A stretch of 64,000 nt of DNA from contig NC_086101.1 in NCBI RefSeq assembly GCF_963921235.1, forward strand, positions 3,412,001 through 3,476,000. Direction: 5' to 3'. The translations under genes were made by a program, and so were the position numbers. Below the pieces are notes generated by a model. It was given only the letters and a program-made list of their open reading frames with translations. It made no database searches and was not told where the DNA came from. Position 1 is the first letter of the stretch. Each line of letters begins with the position of its first letter. This document shows, in pieces, positions 24,103 to 38,127 of the stretch. The DNA is from Mobula hypostoma (taxonomy: Eukaryota).

Positions 24103-24595
24103 ATCGAGATACAGTGAAGAGTTTGACTTGCATTCATGTTCATGCATATCGAATCATTACACAGTGCACTGAGGTAGAACAAGGTAAAACAGTACCAATG
24201 CCGAATACAGTGTAAAAGCTACTGAAAGCGTGCAGTAAATGCAAGATTATAACGGGGCGGGTCGTCCTTCAGCACGGTGGGATGTGCTGTCAGGCCTTTC
24301 TATCTTCTCCCTGATTGGGACGGGGAGAAGAGGGTATGTCCTGGTTTGTTGGAGTCTTTATTCCGCTCCCTACCAAGTCAGGGAGAAGTGTGGTGGGTCT
24401 CTGGAGAGGAGACGGGTTTCTGTCACATGCTGAGCTGTGCCCACAACTCGCTGTGGTCGGGGGCAGAGCAGTTGTCGTATTGTGTTTGCGCCACCTTCCT
24501 ACACTGTTAGCTGATGATTCTCATTACTCTCCTCCCCCGCTGAACCCTCCCATTACCCCTCACCCCTCAACCCTCCCCCCCCCACTCCCCTTTAG

Positions 24596-24670
24596 GGGGC
24601 ATGGATGAGCCAAGCCTGGATTTGATTCAAACGGAGGATGGCCTCGACGAAGATATCGACTTTGAGAACA
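24596..24670 (+). CDS. SKIV2L: SKIV2L coding exon (approx. exon 6)
   Basis: cccctttag|GG...AACA|gtgtgt; GMDEPSLDLIQTEDGLDEDIDFEN; 75 nt, phase 1/1. Confidence 0.92.
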
Positions 24671-25466
24671 GTGTGTGTCTTAGACTGTGGAGAAGGTGGA
24701 GGGCGAAGGGGGGTGGCAGGGCTGTGGAATGGTGGGTGTGCATGCAAAGTGGTGGGGGGGCAGAATTAATAGGGAGAGTTTCAGGATCCCCCCACCAGAC
24801 CAGGGTGAATATTAAAGATTCAGAAATTTATTCAGCCCCTTTGCTGGTGTTTGGTCCTCTAAACCTTTCCTAGCCATCTACCCATCCAAGTGCCTTTTAA
24901 AAGTTGCTATTGTCCTTGCCTCATCATCTAACATATTGAGACTACCCTCTGGGTGTAAGAGTTGCCCCCAGGTCCTTCTTAACGGTAGTGTAGCGGCTAG
25001 CGCGAAGCTATTACGGCTCGGGGCGTTAGGAGGTCAGAGTTCAATCCCAGCATCCTCTGTAAGAAAGTCTGTACCTTCTTCCCTTATGCATGTGGGTTTT
25101 CTCTGGGTGCTCCGGTTACTTCCCACAGTCTAAAGGTGTCGGTCGCTGGGCGGCTCAGCTTTGTGGGCTGGAAGAACCTGTTCCATGCTGTATCTCTAAG
25201 AACAATATATAGAAAAGAAAGCTCTTCCTCCTCTCTCTCCTCTACCCCCGCCCGACCCACCCTCACGTTGCGCTTTCTAGTTCCCTGTTAGATTTAGTTC
25301 TGATTTATGCCCCCTTGGAGGGTCTCACTACCCTGGGTGTGTTGGAGGGGGGAGGCGAGTTTTTTGTCTGGGGTGGAATAGGAGGGGTGGGTGATGTGGA
25401 GGTCCTGCGATCGAGCTGAGCCCCCGCCATTCCCTGCACTGACCCCATGTCCCCTCCCTGTGCTAG

Positions 25467-25520
25467 ATCTACTGACGGTGCCGCCTGGCTGGAAGAAGGG
25501 TCTGGACTTCAAGCAAGCGG
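25467..25520 (+). CDS. SKIV2L: SKIV2L coding exon (approx. exon 7)
   Basis: tgctag|AT...GCGG|gtaagt; LLTVPPGWKKGLDFKQA; 54 nt. Confidence 0.92.
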
Positions 25521-27419
25521 GTAAGTCCCAGGGTGGGGCGGGGAGCGGGTGCTTCTTTGTGTCAGGGGACTGGTGCCTTGTGGGTGGGGTGGAGTGAAGG
25601 GCATGTGCAGGGAATTGCAACTCTGCCCCTTGCCCTGACGCAGGAAACACGGTGGCTGGGACGTGCACAGCAGCTCCCAGAAATAGTAGTGTCCAGACAT
25701 CTGGCTCACACATCCGCGATAGTAACTGAGGAAGGAATTTTGTCCCTGGTATCCGTTGGTCATCGGACAGCATGGTGTTGGGCCAGCATTTTAACCTCGC
25801 CCAAGATCAATCTCACACTTTCTTCCTACAAGAACATCTGCAGATGCTAGAAATCCAAAGCAACACACACAAAATGCTGGACGAACTCAGCAGGTCAGGC
25901 AGAAAAGAGTAAATAGTTGACGTTTCGGGCCAAGACCCTTCATCAGGACTGGGGAATAAAAATGAGAAATCAGAGATGGAGGAGGGGAGGAAGATGAACA
26001 AAGTGGTAGGTGACCCTTTCTTTCCACATAGCCCAACAGTTTTTTCTTTCATCCATGTGCCTAACTCAGAGTCTTTTAAATGCCCATATGATTCTGCCTC
26101 TACCACCGCTGCGGAGCACTCCACTCTCAGACCTCTCCCCTTTAATTTCCTCTAACCACCTTAAAACTATGTTCTTCGAGAAACAGGCTCTGGCTGTCCA
26201 CTCCGTCAATGCATTTATCATCTTGTACGTCTCTATCGAGTGTCCTCTCATCAAAGAGAAAAGTTCTAACTCGCTCAACCTTTCCTCAAAAGGCATGCTG
26301 TCTTATCCAGGCAGCAAACCCGCACCCTCTTTAAACCTTCCACATCCCATATTAAGGCGACCGGAAGAGCACAATAATATTCAAGTGCTGTGTAACCAGA
26401 GTTTTGTAGAGCTGTAACATTGCATTGCGGCCCTTGAATTCAGTCCACTGACCAATGAAGGCCAACACGCCGTATGCCTTCTTAACCATGCAGTCGACTT
26501 GCATAGCAACTTCGCGAGATCGATGGACAATGGACCCTGTGATCCTTCATGCCTCGAAGAATCCTGCAATTAACCCTGTACTCTTCCTTCATGTTAAACC
26601 TTCCAAAGAGTGTCACTTCATGCCTATGTATTACTCAGGGTATCAAGGGATATGGGGAAAAAGCCGGAAATTGGAACTAGATGGGTGAATAGTTTAGCTC
26701 ATGGGGGAGCTGCGGAGCGGACTCGATGGGCCGAATGGCCTACTTCTGCTCCTTTGTCTTGTGATCTTGCGATCTATCCAGATTGAACTCCATCTACATC
26801 GGATTCATGTCCCGTTGCAGACTGTGAAGACCCTGTGGTGTGAGGTCTTTCACCTTTCTGGCGGTGCAGATCTCCCTTGCTGTTACATAGAAACTAGAAC
26901 GTAGACAAGTACAGCACAGGAATAGGACCTTTGGCCCACAAAGTTGTGCCAAACCAATTAAATTAGTAATATCGGCAAGTTAATGGTGCCTGGAGATTTA
27001 TGGCAGGGAGTTTCTCCCTTTTGCCGCCTGCTATTGGGGACTCGGGAGTCGATCAACTCGGGACTTTGAGAACTTCTTGTACTGTGCCTGTGGTCTGTCC
27101 TTTATCAAATTATGGGATTGCTTTGCACTGCTGTAACTATATGTTATAATTAGATGGTTCTGTCAGTGTTAGTCTTGTTTTCTGTGATATCACTCCGGAG
27201 AAACATTGTCTCATTTCTTAATGCATGTATGCATTTCTAAATGCCAATAAAAGAGGACTGAGTGTTCTCATAATCTAATCTAAATAAACGAACCTCTTCT
27301 GTCAACAGAATGTCCATTCCCTTCCATTTTCCTCACGTTCACCTGCCTATCTAAAAGTCTCTTAGACTGTTGCTGCTTCTGCAGTGTGTTCGAGGTGCCC
27401 ACCACGCTCTGTGTGAGCC

Positions 27420-28560
27420 ACACAAATTGCTGGAGAAGCTCGGCAGGCCAGGCGGCAGCTATGGAAGTTAATAAATAGTTAATGCTTCAGGCTGAGACCC
27501 TTCATCAGGACGAGAAAGGAAAGGGGGAGACGCCAGAACAAAAGGTGAGGGGAGGGGAGGAGGACTAGCTGGAAGGTGACAGGTGGAGCCAGGTGGGTGG
27601 GAAAGGTAAAGGGCTGGAGAGGAAGGAATCTGATAGAAGAGAAGAGTGGACTATGGGAAAGAGGGAAGGAGGAGGGCCGCCGGGGGAGGTGAGGAGAAGA
27701 TGTTAAGCAGGAGGCTAGAGGGGGGTATAAAATAGGGAATGGGAGGAAATAAGATTACCGGAAGGTGAAGTCGATGTTCACGCCATCAGGTTGGAGGCTA
27801 CCCAGGTGGAACACAAGACGTTGCTCCCTGACCCTGAGAGTGGCCTAAATGTGGTCAAAGAGGAGGCCATGGACCGACATGTCAGAACAGGAATGGGGAT
27901 AGGAATTAAAATGGTTGGCCACTAGGAAATTCCAGTTTTGATCGATGGAGTGGAGGTGGTCGACACAGTGGTCCCCCCAGTTTACGTTGGGCCTCATCAG
28001 TGTAGAGGAGGCCGCATTGGGAGCACCGGATGCAATAGACAACCCAAACAGGTTCGCAGGTGAAGTGTTGCCTCACCTGGAAGGACTGTTTGGGGCCCAG
28101 AATGGAGGTGAGGGAGGAGGTGAATGGGCAGGTGTAGCGTTTTGGTTGCTTGCATGGATACATGCCAGGAGGGGTATCAGTGGGGTGGGTCGAGTGACAA
28201 GGGAATCACAGGGGGAGCGATCCTTGTGGTTGTGAAGTCTGGTGAGGTGATATGTTTGCTGGTAGAATCCCGTTGAAGGTGGTGGAACTCTCAGAGAATG
28301 ATGTGTTGGATGTGGAGGCTCATGGGGTGGTAGATAAGGACAAGAGGGACTCTAGCACTGTAAAGGCAGTGGGAAGATGTGCTGAGCACAGATGTCTGGG
28401 AAATGGAGGAGATGAGGGTGAGAGCATCATCAATGGTGGAGGAAGGGGAACTCTGTTCTTTGAAGGAGGAGGATATCTCTGATGTCCTGGAAGGGAAGGT
28501 CTCATCCTGAAAACTGATGTGGCAGAGGTGAAGGATCTGAGAAAAGGCAATAGCATTTTC
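27420..28560 (-). mobile_element. Degenerate Penelope-like element (RT end, GIY-YIG, pLTR)
   Basis: QSFQVRQHFTCEPVWVVYCIRCSQCGLLY...; VANHFNSYPHS. Confidence 0.8.
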
Positions 28561-28884
28561 CAGTGCTATTCAACCTGATTCTGATATTTTCCAGTATGAT
28601 TTTGATTTTTCAATGTACGTGTGACAAGTAACGCTGATCTTTTTAGACCCTCCTGTCCTTTGTGGAGAGAGACTCATCTACGTCCCAGATGATTTTATAA
28701 AGCTTTCCTCCAGTTGCAGCCTGTGCCCTCTAGTCCTGGTAACACCCTAGACAATCTTTTCTGTACTCTCCTTGAGGAGGTGAGAGTTATGCTCCAGGTT
28801 GTCCATCCTGAGTCCAGCTCTGACAAGTCCCTGCAGCTATCTGAGGCTGCTATGGTAACCACCTGTTTCGTCCTCCCCTCACAG

Positions 28885-29051
28885 GGCCGAAGGCTGTCCC
28901 CGGCCTCCTGAGCCTCACAGAGCTCATGGAAGTGATGGACCTTTACCAGCTCGGGTGTTCCGGCGAGGAGGAGGAGGAGAGGAACCGGCAAAGTGCAGAG
29001 GGGAAGCGGCCCCTGGCTCGAACCAACAGCCTGGAGGAGCTAGTGCTGCAG
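28885..29051 (+). CDS. SKIV2L: SKIV2L coding exon (approx. exon 8)
   Basis: cctcacag|GG...CAG|gtcagg; PKAVPGLLSLTELMEVMDLYQLGCSGEEEEERNRQSAEGKRPLARTNSLEELVLQ; 167 nt. Confidence 0.9.
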
Positions 29052-29126
29052 GTCAGGAAGCCGGGTTGAGAGTTGGCACGGTGCCCACTGTGACCCCCGA
29101 GTTAGGGGGGCTAGTTTGCATGCGAA

Positions 29127-29169
<43 letters not shown>

Positions 29170-29294
29170 CCAGAGATGTTGGTGTGTATGTTTCTCACCA
29201 ATTTAGCCCCCTCACCCCCCCGCCCCACTGAGGAAGCCTTCAAGGTATGTGGGTACTTGGGCCCAGACCGCATTTGACCATGGGAAGACTGTAA

Positions 29295-32200
29295 AACATA
29301 TGAGCAGAATTAGGCCATCGAGTCTGTTTCACCATTACATCATGGCTGATCTCGGATCCCACTCAACCCCATACCCCTGCCTTCTCGCCATATCCTTTCA
29401 ACGATCAGGAGACGATCCACTTCGGCCTTAAATATACGCACAGACTTGGCTTCCACTGCGGTCTGTGGCAGAGCATTCCACAGATTCACTACTCTCCGGC
29501 TAAAATAATTCCTTCTTATCTCTGTTCTTTCCACATCCACCCTATCTAATCCTTTCAATATTCGCAAGGTTTCAGTGAGATCCCCCCGCATTCTTCTGAA
29601 TTCCATTCCTCATATGTTAACCCCTTCATTCCCAGAATCATTCTTGTGAACTTCCTCTGGACTCCACCAATGACAACACGTCCTTTCTGAGATAGGGGCG
29701 CCAACGTTTTAACAGTACCCCAGGTGTGGCTTGACTAGTGTCTTTTAAAGCCTTAGCATTATCTCCTTGCTTTTATATTCTATTCCCCTTGAAATGAATG
29801 CCAACGTTGCATTTACCACAGACTCAACCTGAAAATTAACCTGAGAGTCTTGCACGAGGGGTCCTACATCCCTCTGCATCTCTGATGTTTGCACCTTCTC
29901 CCTATTTAGATAGTAGTCCACACTATTCTTCCTTTTACCAAAATGCATTATCATACATTTCCCAACTCTGTATTCCATCTGCCACTTTTTTGCCCATTCT
30001 TCCAATTTGTCTAAGTCCTGCTGCAATTGTATTGCTTTCTCAGCACTACATACCCCTCCACCTATCTTCGTATCATCTGCAAACTTTGCCACAAAGCCAT
30101 CAATTCCATTATTGAAATCATTGACAAACAATGTGAAAAGTAGCGGTCCCAATACTGAACCCTGAGAAACACCACTAGTCACTGGCAGCCAAGCAGAAAA
30201 GGCCCCCTTTATTCCCACTCACTGCCTCCTGCCTGTCAGCCATTCTTCTATCCATGCCTGTATCTTTCCCAAAACACCATGGGATTTTATCTTGTTAAGC
30301 AGCCTCATGTGTGGCACCTTATCAAATGCCTTCTGAATATCTAAGTAAATGACATCCACTGCCTCTCCTTTGTCCACCCTGCTTGTTACTACCTTGAAGA
30401 ACTCTTAACAGATCTGTCAGGGAAGAATTCCCTTGACAGAAACAATGCTGACTTGTTTTATCCTTAGTCTCCAAGTAGCCCGAAACCTCATCCTTAATAA
30501 TAGCCACCTCTGCCCTGCCGTCAGTCCCCAGTATCCCCCTCCAATCGACCTGACAAGCTCCTCTCTCGTGCCTCTGTAATTCCATTGCAATACTGATACA
30601 TGTGACTTGTGCTTCTCCCTCTCAAATTGCAGTATGAATTTACATTAAGCTCCCTAATAAGATCTGGGTTTTTTCACAACACCCAATCTAGGATAGTCTT
30701 TCCCTGAGTAGGATCAAGCACAACCTGCTCTAAAAAGCCATCTCATAGGCAGCCAACAAATTCCCTCTCGCGCGATCCAACGCCAACCTGATTTTCCCAA
30801 TCCCCTTGCATATTGAAGTCCTCAATTACAATTGTAACATTACCCTTATTACATGCCTTTTCCAGCTCCCTTTGCAATCTCAACCCCACATCTTGGCTAC
30901 TATTTGGAGGTCTATATATGTTTGCCATAATGGTTTATTTCAGCCTTGCAATTTCTTAACTCCATCCATAAAGATTCAACATTCTCTGATATTATGTCAC
31001 CTCTTTCTAATTCCATATCTTACCAACAGAGCCACACCACTGGTTTTGCCTCCCTGCCTGTCCTTTTGATATAAAATATATCCTTAGGTATTAAACCCCC
31101 AATCGTGGCCTTCTTTCAGCCATGACTCATTGATGCCCTCAATGTCATACTGACCCATCTCTAATCGTGCCACCTGCTCACCCACCTTATTCTGAATGCT
31201 ACACGCATTTAAATACAGCACTTTCAGTCCTACATTCTTCGCCCTTTTGACTTTTTGCCTCTGGTACAATTTAAATTTGTACCCTATCATTGGCTTGTCC
31301 TTCCTTACGTATCACGTATTACATCATCTACTTGTAAACCTGCTGGCTCACCCTGGTTCCTATCTCCCTGCCATATTAGTTTAAACCACTCCCAACTTCT
31401 TTAGGACGCTGGGTTCAAGTGCAGCACTGAATCCCTGAACCTGCTGCGATTCTCCAGCCACGCATTTATCAGCTACCCTCATTCTATTCCTATCCTCACC
31501 GTCACATGACACAGGCAGCAATTCATAGATTACTACTCTTGAAGTCCTGCTTTTCAACTTCCTTCCTAACTCTCTGTATTCCGTTTTCAGGACGACCTCC
31601 CTTTTACTACCTATACCGTTGGTACGAATATGTACCACGACCTCTGGCTGCTCACCCTCCCATTTCAGGATATTGTGGATGCGTTCAAAAACATCGTAGG
31701 CCTTGGCACCTGGGAGGCAAACTACCGTCCATGTTTCTTTTCTGCATCTACAGAATTGCCCATCTGTCCCCCCTGACTATAGTGTCCCCTATTACTGTTC
31801 CCATCAGTTCCCCGCCCTTCTGAGCCACAGAGGCACGGCCACTGTTGTTTCCCCCAGGTTGGTCATCCCACAACAGTGCTCGAAATGGAGTACTTATTGT
31901 TGAGGGGGGCGGCCACAGGTGGGCTCTCTGCTGTCTGATGTTCTCCCTTCCCTCTACTGACAGTCACCCATTTATCTGTCACCTGTAGCCTTGGGGTGAC
32001 CACCTCCCTGTAGCTCCTGTCTATCACCTCTTCACTTTCCCTAACAAGCCGAAGGTCATCGAGCTGCAGCTCCAGTTCCCTAACATGGTCTCTAAGGAGC
32101 TGCATCTCGATGCACCTGGTGCGGATGTGGCCATCAGGGAGGCTGTTAATCTCCTGGAAATCCCACATCTGACACCCAGAACAGAGTACTGGCCCTGTAG

Positions 32201-32300
32201 ACATTCCCCCTATTCTTTCTTGTTAAATAAGAAAAAAGAAATAAGAAATGAACTTACCTACTTGCCTTGCCCCTGCCTGTTCTCGCTGAAGCCCTGTTGA
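29295..32300 (-). mobile_element. Long degenerate CR1 LINE including ORF1 and endonuclease remnants
   Basis: ORF1-like MSTGPVLCSGCQMW...LRDHVRELELQLDDL (31863-32204); esterase-like VHIRTNGIG; EN KVLYLNACSIQNK, IYRPPNS; RT VTSGVSQGSVLGPLLF..KFADDTKIGG; internal deletions. Confidence 0.85.
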
Positions 32301-33414
32301 GCCAAAGCCTTGCTACTCTGACTCAGACCGGTCCCATAATGACCGCTCTGCTAGACAGTACCCCTCTTTTAAAGCTCTTCGCCCGACTTGTGCGGGAACA
32401 CTTTTCCCACGTCTGCGCAGTACTCCAATCAATGACTGGAAGGGCAGCATACTTTTAGTCCCTGGTGTAACAGGAGGGGTGGAAGGGGCTTGGAGAGTCA
32501 GGCAGGAGAGTAAAGCCCGAGGCACGGAATCAGCGGCATTCCGTGGGACAGCAAGGTGAAAGGGCCTAAAGGTCAAGTCTTCCCATTTTGCACCCTTCCC
32601 TACTCTCGCTCACTTCCTGTGACCCGGATAGGAGGGATGAGCTTCAGTGGAGGGAGGAAGTGGGGGCCCTTTCTGTGTTCCCTTTCCTACTCTTGCTCGC
32701 TTCCCGTGACCCAGATAGGAGGGATGAGCTCCAGTGGAGGGAGGAAGTGGGTGATGGGCACACCATCCAGAGCACAGGCAGCTCTGTGGAGCAGGGGTGA
32801 TGGCCATTCAGCCCATTCCATTCAAGGGGATAGCAAGGAGACTAGACTTGACTCAACTAGTCTGAGGACCTGAGTTCTTGAAGCAAGGAAGGCCGTATTA
32901 CATTGGAGCAGAATCAGGCCATTTGGCCCATTGAGTCTGCTCTGCTTTGCCATTTCCCCATGGGCGCCACGGTTAGCGAGATGCTATTATACTCGGAGTT
33001 CAATTCCAACACTGTCTGTAAGGAGTTTGTATGTTTTCGCTATGACCACTTGGGTTTTTCCCCCAGAGTCCTTCCTGGTTAGTAGGTTAATTGGTCATTG
33101 TGAATCGTTCTGTGATCGGGTTAAGGTTAAGTTGCTGGGTGATGCAGCTTCTTGTGCTGGAAGGGCCTGTTCTGTGCTGCATCTCAATAAATAAAAAATA
33201 ATTAGATTTATTATCCCTCTCAGCCCCATTCTCCTGCCTTCTCCCAGTAACCTTCGATGTCCTGGCTAATCAAGAACCTATATCAGCCTCGTCTTTAAAT
33301 ATACCCAATGACTTGGCGTCGACAGCTGCCTGTGCCAGTGAATTCCATAGAAACAGCACACTCTGCCTAGGGAGAGCGTGCCTTCTCTCTGGTTGACGCC
33401 CCTTCTCTCCGCAG

Positions 33415-33555
33415 AAGGTGAGCACGTCTCCTCCGGCCGCGGGCAGCAAGAAGGAAGAGGAGGTGGTGCTGCAGAAGGAGCAGTGGGCAGTGCCGGTTGA
33501 CGTCAGCGCGCCCGTGGACGACTTCTACAAACGTATCCCGGAGCCGGCCTTCAAG
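33415..33555 (+). CDS. SKIV2L: SKIV2L coding exon (approx. exon 9)
   Basis: ctccgcag|AAG...AAG|gtgaga; [47 protein letters not shown]; 141 nt. Confidence 0.93.
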
Positions 33556-34077
33556 GTGAGACCCCGTCCCGTGTAGTCAAGTTCAAGGTTAGTTTTAATC
33601 CACCTAATTGAAACAGTCTTCCTGTGGGGCCCAGGTACGTACAACAGAAAATACATACACGCCGCTTGTAGATACAAAAGCACATACAGTCATAAAAATA
33701 TTAGCACATGCCCCTGAGTGTCAAGGCTTGAAGTTCGACGGTGCTGGAGCCACGTTCCAGCAGTTCCTCACCCAGCTTCTCTTCCACCGAGTGAACAGGA
33801 GATTAGCACTGAGGGGAGATCCAGCTCAGAATGCAACACCGCCTCCAGCACGCACTCCCCTGGGTACAATGCTGTGGCAAAAAAGGCCTCGTCCCTGCAA
33901 CAACCAAGGCCACACAGCTTCCCCGTTGTCGGCCTCCCCAATAAACCAGTGAACTCGGCTTGCAGTGCCAATGCCCACTGGGGTCTTGCAACATTTGCAC
34001 CTTTTACTGGACCCAGAGAGGATGCTGTGACCTAGCACACCACTGTCTTACGGAGTACCACTTACATTCAAATGTCC

Positions 34078-35115
34078 GTAAAACATAGGAGAAGAATGAG
34101 GCCATTCAGCCCATCGGGTATGCTCTGCCATTCCATCATGGCTGGTCCTGGATCCCACTCAACCCCACACTCCTGCCTTCTCAGTATTTCCTTTGATGCC
34201 CGACCAATCAGGAAACTGTCAGCTTCCGCTTCAAATATACCCACAGATTTGGCCTCCACTGCAGCCTGTGGCACAGCTCTCCATGATTCACCAGCTAAAA
34301 AAATTCCTCCTTACCTCTGTTTTAAAGGATCGCCCCTCAATTTTGATTCTGTGCCCTTTAGTTCTTGACACCCCCACCATAGGAAACATCCTCTTCATAT
34401 CCACTTTTTCAATGAGATTCCCCTTCTTTATTCTAAACTCCAGTGAGTGCAGGCCCAAAGCTGCCAAGCGATCCCCAAATGTTAAACCTTCATTTCCGGA
34501 ATCAGTACTCCAAGTGTGGCCTGACTAGTGTCTTATAAAGCCTCCGCGTTATCTCTTTGTTTTTATATTCTACTCTCCTTGAAATAAATGTCAACATCAT
34601 ATTTGCCTTCTTTACCCACCGACTCAACCTGCAAATTAACCTTCTGGGAGTCTTGCACGAGGACTGTCACGTCCCTTGGCATCTCTGATGTTCGAACTTT
34701 CTTCCCACTTAGATAATAGTCCGCAGTGTTGTTCCTTTTACCAAAATGCATTATCATACATTTCCCAACCCTGTATTCCATCTGCTACTTTTTGCCCAGT
34801 TTTCCAATTTCTCTAAGTCCTGCTGCAATTGCATTACTTCCTCAGCACTACCTACCCCTCCACCTATCTTGTAGTGATCCCAGTACGGACCCCTCCGTAT
34901 GAGGATAGGTTGAGTGTTCTTGGCCTTTTCTCCTTGGAGTGTTGGAGGATGAGAGGTGACCTGATAGAGGTGTTTAAGATGATGAGGGCTATTGATCGTG
35001 TGGATAGTCAGAGGCTTTTCCCCAAGGCTGAAATGGCTAACATGAGAGGGCATAGTTTCAAGGTGCTTGAACACAGGTACCGAGGGGATGTTAGAGGTCA
35101 GTTTTTCACACAGAG
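34078..35115. mobile_element. Two CR1 fragments (minus about 34078-34875; plus about 34895-35115)
   Basis: KCMIMHFGKRNN; YEDRLSVLGLFSLECWRMRGDLIEVFKMM. Confidence 0.8.
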
Positions 35116-35117
35116 CA

Positions 35118-35560
35118 GTGGGGAATTGTGCCCTGTGGGAGGGGGTGGTGTTGGGTTTTGGAGGTAAGGAAGAGGGGAATAATGCCCTGTGGGAAAAGTG
35201 GGTTTAGGGGTAAAGAAGGGGGGAATTGTGCCCTATGGGAGAGCTGATGGTATTGGGGGTAAGGGAGGGGGGAATTGTGCCCTTTGGGAAAGGTGGGTGT
35301 GTTTGGGCATAAGGAAGAGGTGGAACTGTGCCCTGTGGGAGAGGTGGTGGTGATTTGGGGGGTAAGGAAGGGGGGAATTGTGCCCTGTGAGAGAGGTGGT
35401 GGTGATTTGGGGGGTAAAGATTTGGGGAATTGTGCCCTGTGGGAGAGATGCTGGTGATCTGGGGGGTAAGGAAGGGTGGAGAATTGTGCCCTGTGGGAGA
35501 GGTGGTGATTTGGAGGGTAAGGAATTGGGGGAATTGTGCCCTTTAGGAGGGGTGAAGGTC
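35118..35560 (+). repeat. Imperfect G-rich tandem repeat, about 50-55-bp unit x about 8-9
   Basis: Recurrent GGGGAATTGTGCCCTGTGGGAGAGGTGGT...GGGGTAAGGA. Confidence 0.85.
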
Positions 35561-35714
35561 TAGGGGTTCGGAGAGGGGAGAGGTTGGGCAGGGCCCTTCC
35601 CTGTGGAGGGGTGGTGTGTTCTGTTCTTCAGTGGGGTGTGGGTGTTATGCCCTGTGGGAGGAGCAGAGGTGAGCGGGAGCTGTACTGACCCTGGGGTCTC
35701 ACTCTTGTAACTAA

Positions 35715-35891
<177 letters not shown>

Positions 35892-36246
35892 TGAGATCCC
35901 AGACCCTCCCGTCCCATCTGCTTCCTCGCGCTTTATGTTACCAATGTTCGGGGTTCTATTTTCACTACTGTCTGTAAGGAGCTTGTACGTTCTTCCCGTG
36001 GCTGCGTGCTTTTACTCCAGATGCTCAAGGGCAAAGATTAGCGTTATTTATCGCACGTGCAACGAAACGTACGGTGAAATGTGTCGTTTGCAGTTTGAGG
36101 GTCTGCTGGGGGCAGCCTGCAGGTGTCGCCACGCTACCAGTGCTAACGTAACGTGCCCTCAGCTCACTAAGCCGAACTCGAACATCTTTGCACTGAAGGA
36201 AGACGCCAGCGTTCTATCTGGTAATGAGTGTGAATCCTCTCTATAG

Positions 36247-36393
36247 GACCATATACACATCCCCAATCAAGGCCTTGTCCAATCAGAAGTTCAGGGACTT
36301 CAAGAACACCTTCAAAGACGTTGGGCTGCTGACGGGAGATGTGCAGTTACATCCCGAAGCCTCCTGCCTCATCATGACCACAGAGATCCTCAG
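36247..36393 (+). CDS. SKIV2L: SKIV2L coding exon (approx. exon 11; motifs Ia/Ib)
   Basis: ctctatag|G...AG|gtcagt; [48 protein letters not shown](R); 147 nt. Confidence 0.98.
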
Positions 36394-36429
36394 GTCAGTC
36401 TCTCTGACTCGCCCGCTGCCTCTCACTGC

Positions 36430-36975
36430 CCAATGTCCCCTCTCTCCCTACCCGTCCTGTCCCGTCCCATTTTCCCTCTCACCCTTCCCTCCCTCTCACA
36501 TGTTCCATGTCTCCCCTCTCTCCCCATCCCATCCCATCCCATGTCCCCTCCCTCCCATCCCTCACCTCTCCCTCCCCGTCCTGCCCTATGTCCCCTCTCT
36601 CCCTTCCCTCCCCGCCCCTCCTGTCCCATTCCGTCCCCTCTCAGCCTTCCCTCCCATGTCCCTTCTCCCCATCCCATCCCGTCCCCTTTCTCCCTCTCTC
36701 CCCTCCCATCCCATCTCATGTCCCCTCTCTCCCTTCCCTCCCCTCCCCTCCTGTTCCATCCCATGTCCCTTCTCTCCCTTCCCCCCATCCCATCCCATGT
36801 CCCCTTTCTCCCTCTCTCCCTTCCCGTCCCATCCCATGTCCCCTCTCTCCCTTCCCTCCCCATCCCATCCCATGTCCCCTCTCTCCCTCTCTCCCTCTCT
36901 CCCCTCCCGTCCCATCTCATGTCCCCTCTCTCACTTCCCTCCCCGTTCCGTCCTATGTCCCTTCTCTTCCCATCC
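36430..36975 (+). repeat. Pyrimidine-rich imperfect tandem repeat
   Basis: Recurrent CCCATCCCATGTCCCCTCTCTCCCTTCCCTC. Confidence 0.85.
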
Positions 36976-37520
36976 CGGAAGACTGGAGGATTGCAAATGT
37001 CACTCCACTCTTTAAGAAGGTAGATAGTAAAAGAAAGGATAATGTAGGCAGGGGTAGCCAACCGTGGCTGACAAGGGGAGTTAAAGACTGCCTAAAAGCT
37101 AAGGTAATGTAGTAAAAGTGAGTGAGAAGTTGAATGATTGGAAAGCTTTTAAAATCCAAAAAAAAAGGCAACTAAAAAGCTGTAAGAAGGAACAAGATGA
37201 AATGTGAGGGCAGACTAAGCAATAATATAAAGCAGGAAACCAAAAGATTTTTTAGTTATATAAGGAATAAAAGGGAGGTGAGAGTTGATATTGGGCCACT
37301 GGAAAATGATTCCCCCCCATCCCCACCCCAGGAAGGGTCCTCTGCCGCATCTCCCCCACACCCTGGCTCACGAGGGTCTTCTCACACCCCCGAGGATCGG
37401 TCCCCAGCACGCACAGGTGAGCGAGTCAATCGCAGGCAGGTGGGATTCGCGGTGGTTGGCATGGGTAGGACGGGCTGAAGGGTCTGCCGGACTCTACCAC
37501 TGACCTCATGTCTCCTGCAG

Positions 37521-37605
37521 GTCCATGCTGTACAACGGCTCTGATTTGATCCGGGACCTGGAGTGGGTCATCTTCGATGAGGTTCACTATGTCAACGATG
37601 TCGAG
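37521..37605 (+). CDS. SKIV2L: SKIV2L coding exon (approx. exon 12; DEVH box)
   Basis: cctgcag|G...GAG|gtgggt; [28 protein letters not shown]; 85 nt. Confidence 0.98.
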
Positions 37606-38127
37606 GTGGGTGTAACCCGTCAGGATGTGAAGAGGTGCCTCTCCCCCCACCAACTCAAGGAACTGGTCCCTCAGCAGCCTTTCCCCCACACCCCCACAGC
37701 CACTCCCCTCCCCAAGGTCCCAAGGATTCTTCCTGTAAATGGCTTTGTTTCCCAAAGGCCACAGACTCCCTGCCTCTGAGTTCTTTTACTCTGCTCCGTT
37801 GCCTCCCCTTCTTCCAGCGGGCAGTCCTGCTGATCTTGCGACTTGGACAGTACAGGCCATGATGATGAACTTTTACTGTACTCTAATACCAACTGGCCTG
37901 TGGTGCAGTGGCTTCAGTGCAGATGGTCCTGAGTTCAAATCCGGCCGGGTTCCAAGCTGGACCGCAGCAGGAAGAAAACCTACTTCCGTATCTTGCCACA
38001 GAAACCCTGCAGGGAATCACACCATCCGTAGGGTCACCATGAGTAGATGGTGACTCGACGGCACTTAACAACAAGATCAATCTACCTCTTCCCTCCCTTT
38101 ATGACCTCCATTTTTGTATCATCTATA

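Noticed and set aside
32590..32755. Two-copy direct repeat of about 87 bp
   Set aside because: Simple diverged local duplication with no TSD, ORF or structure suggesting function.
36394..37112. Pro/Ser-rich and Gly/Arg-rich ORFs of about 200-260 aa
   Set aside because: Read-through of an exon into a low-complexity intronic repeat; homology stops at the GT donor.
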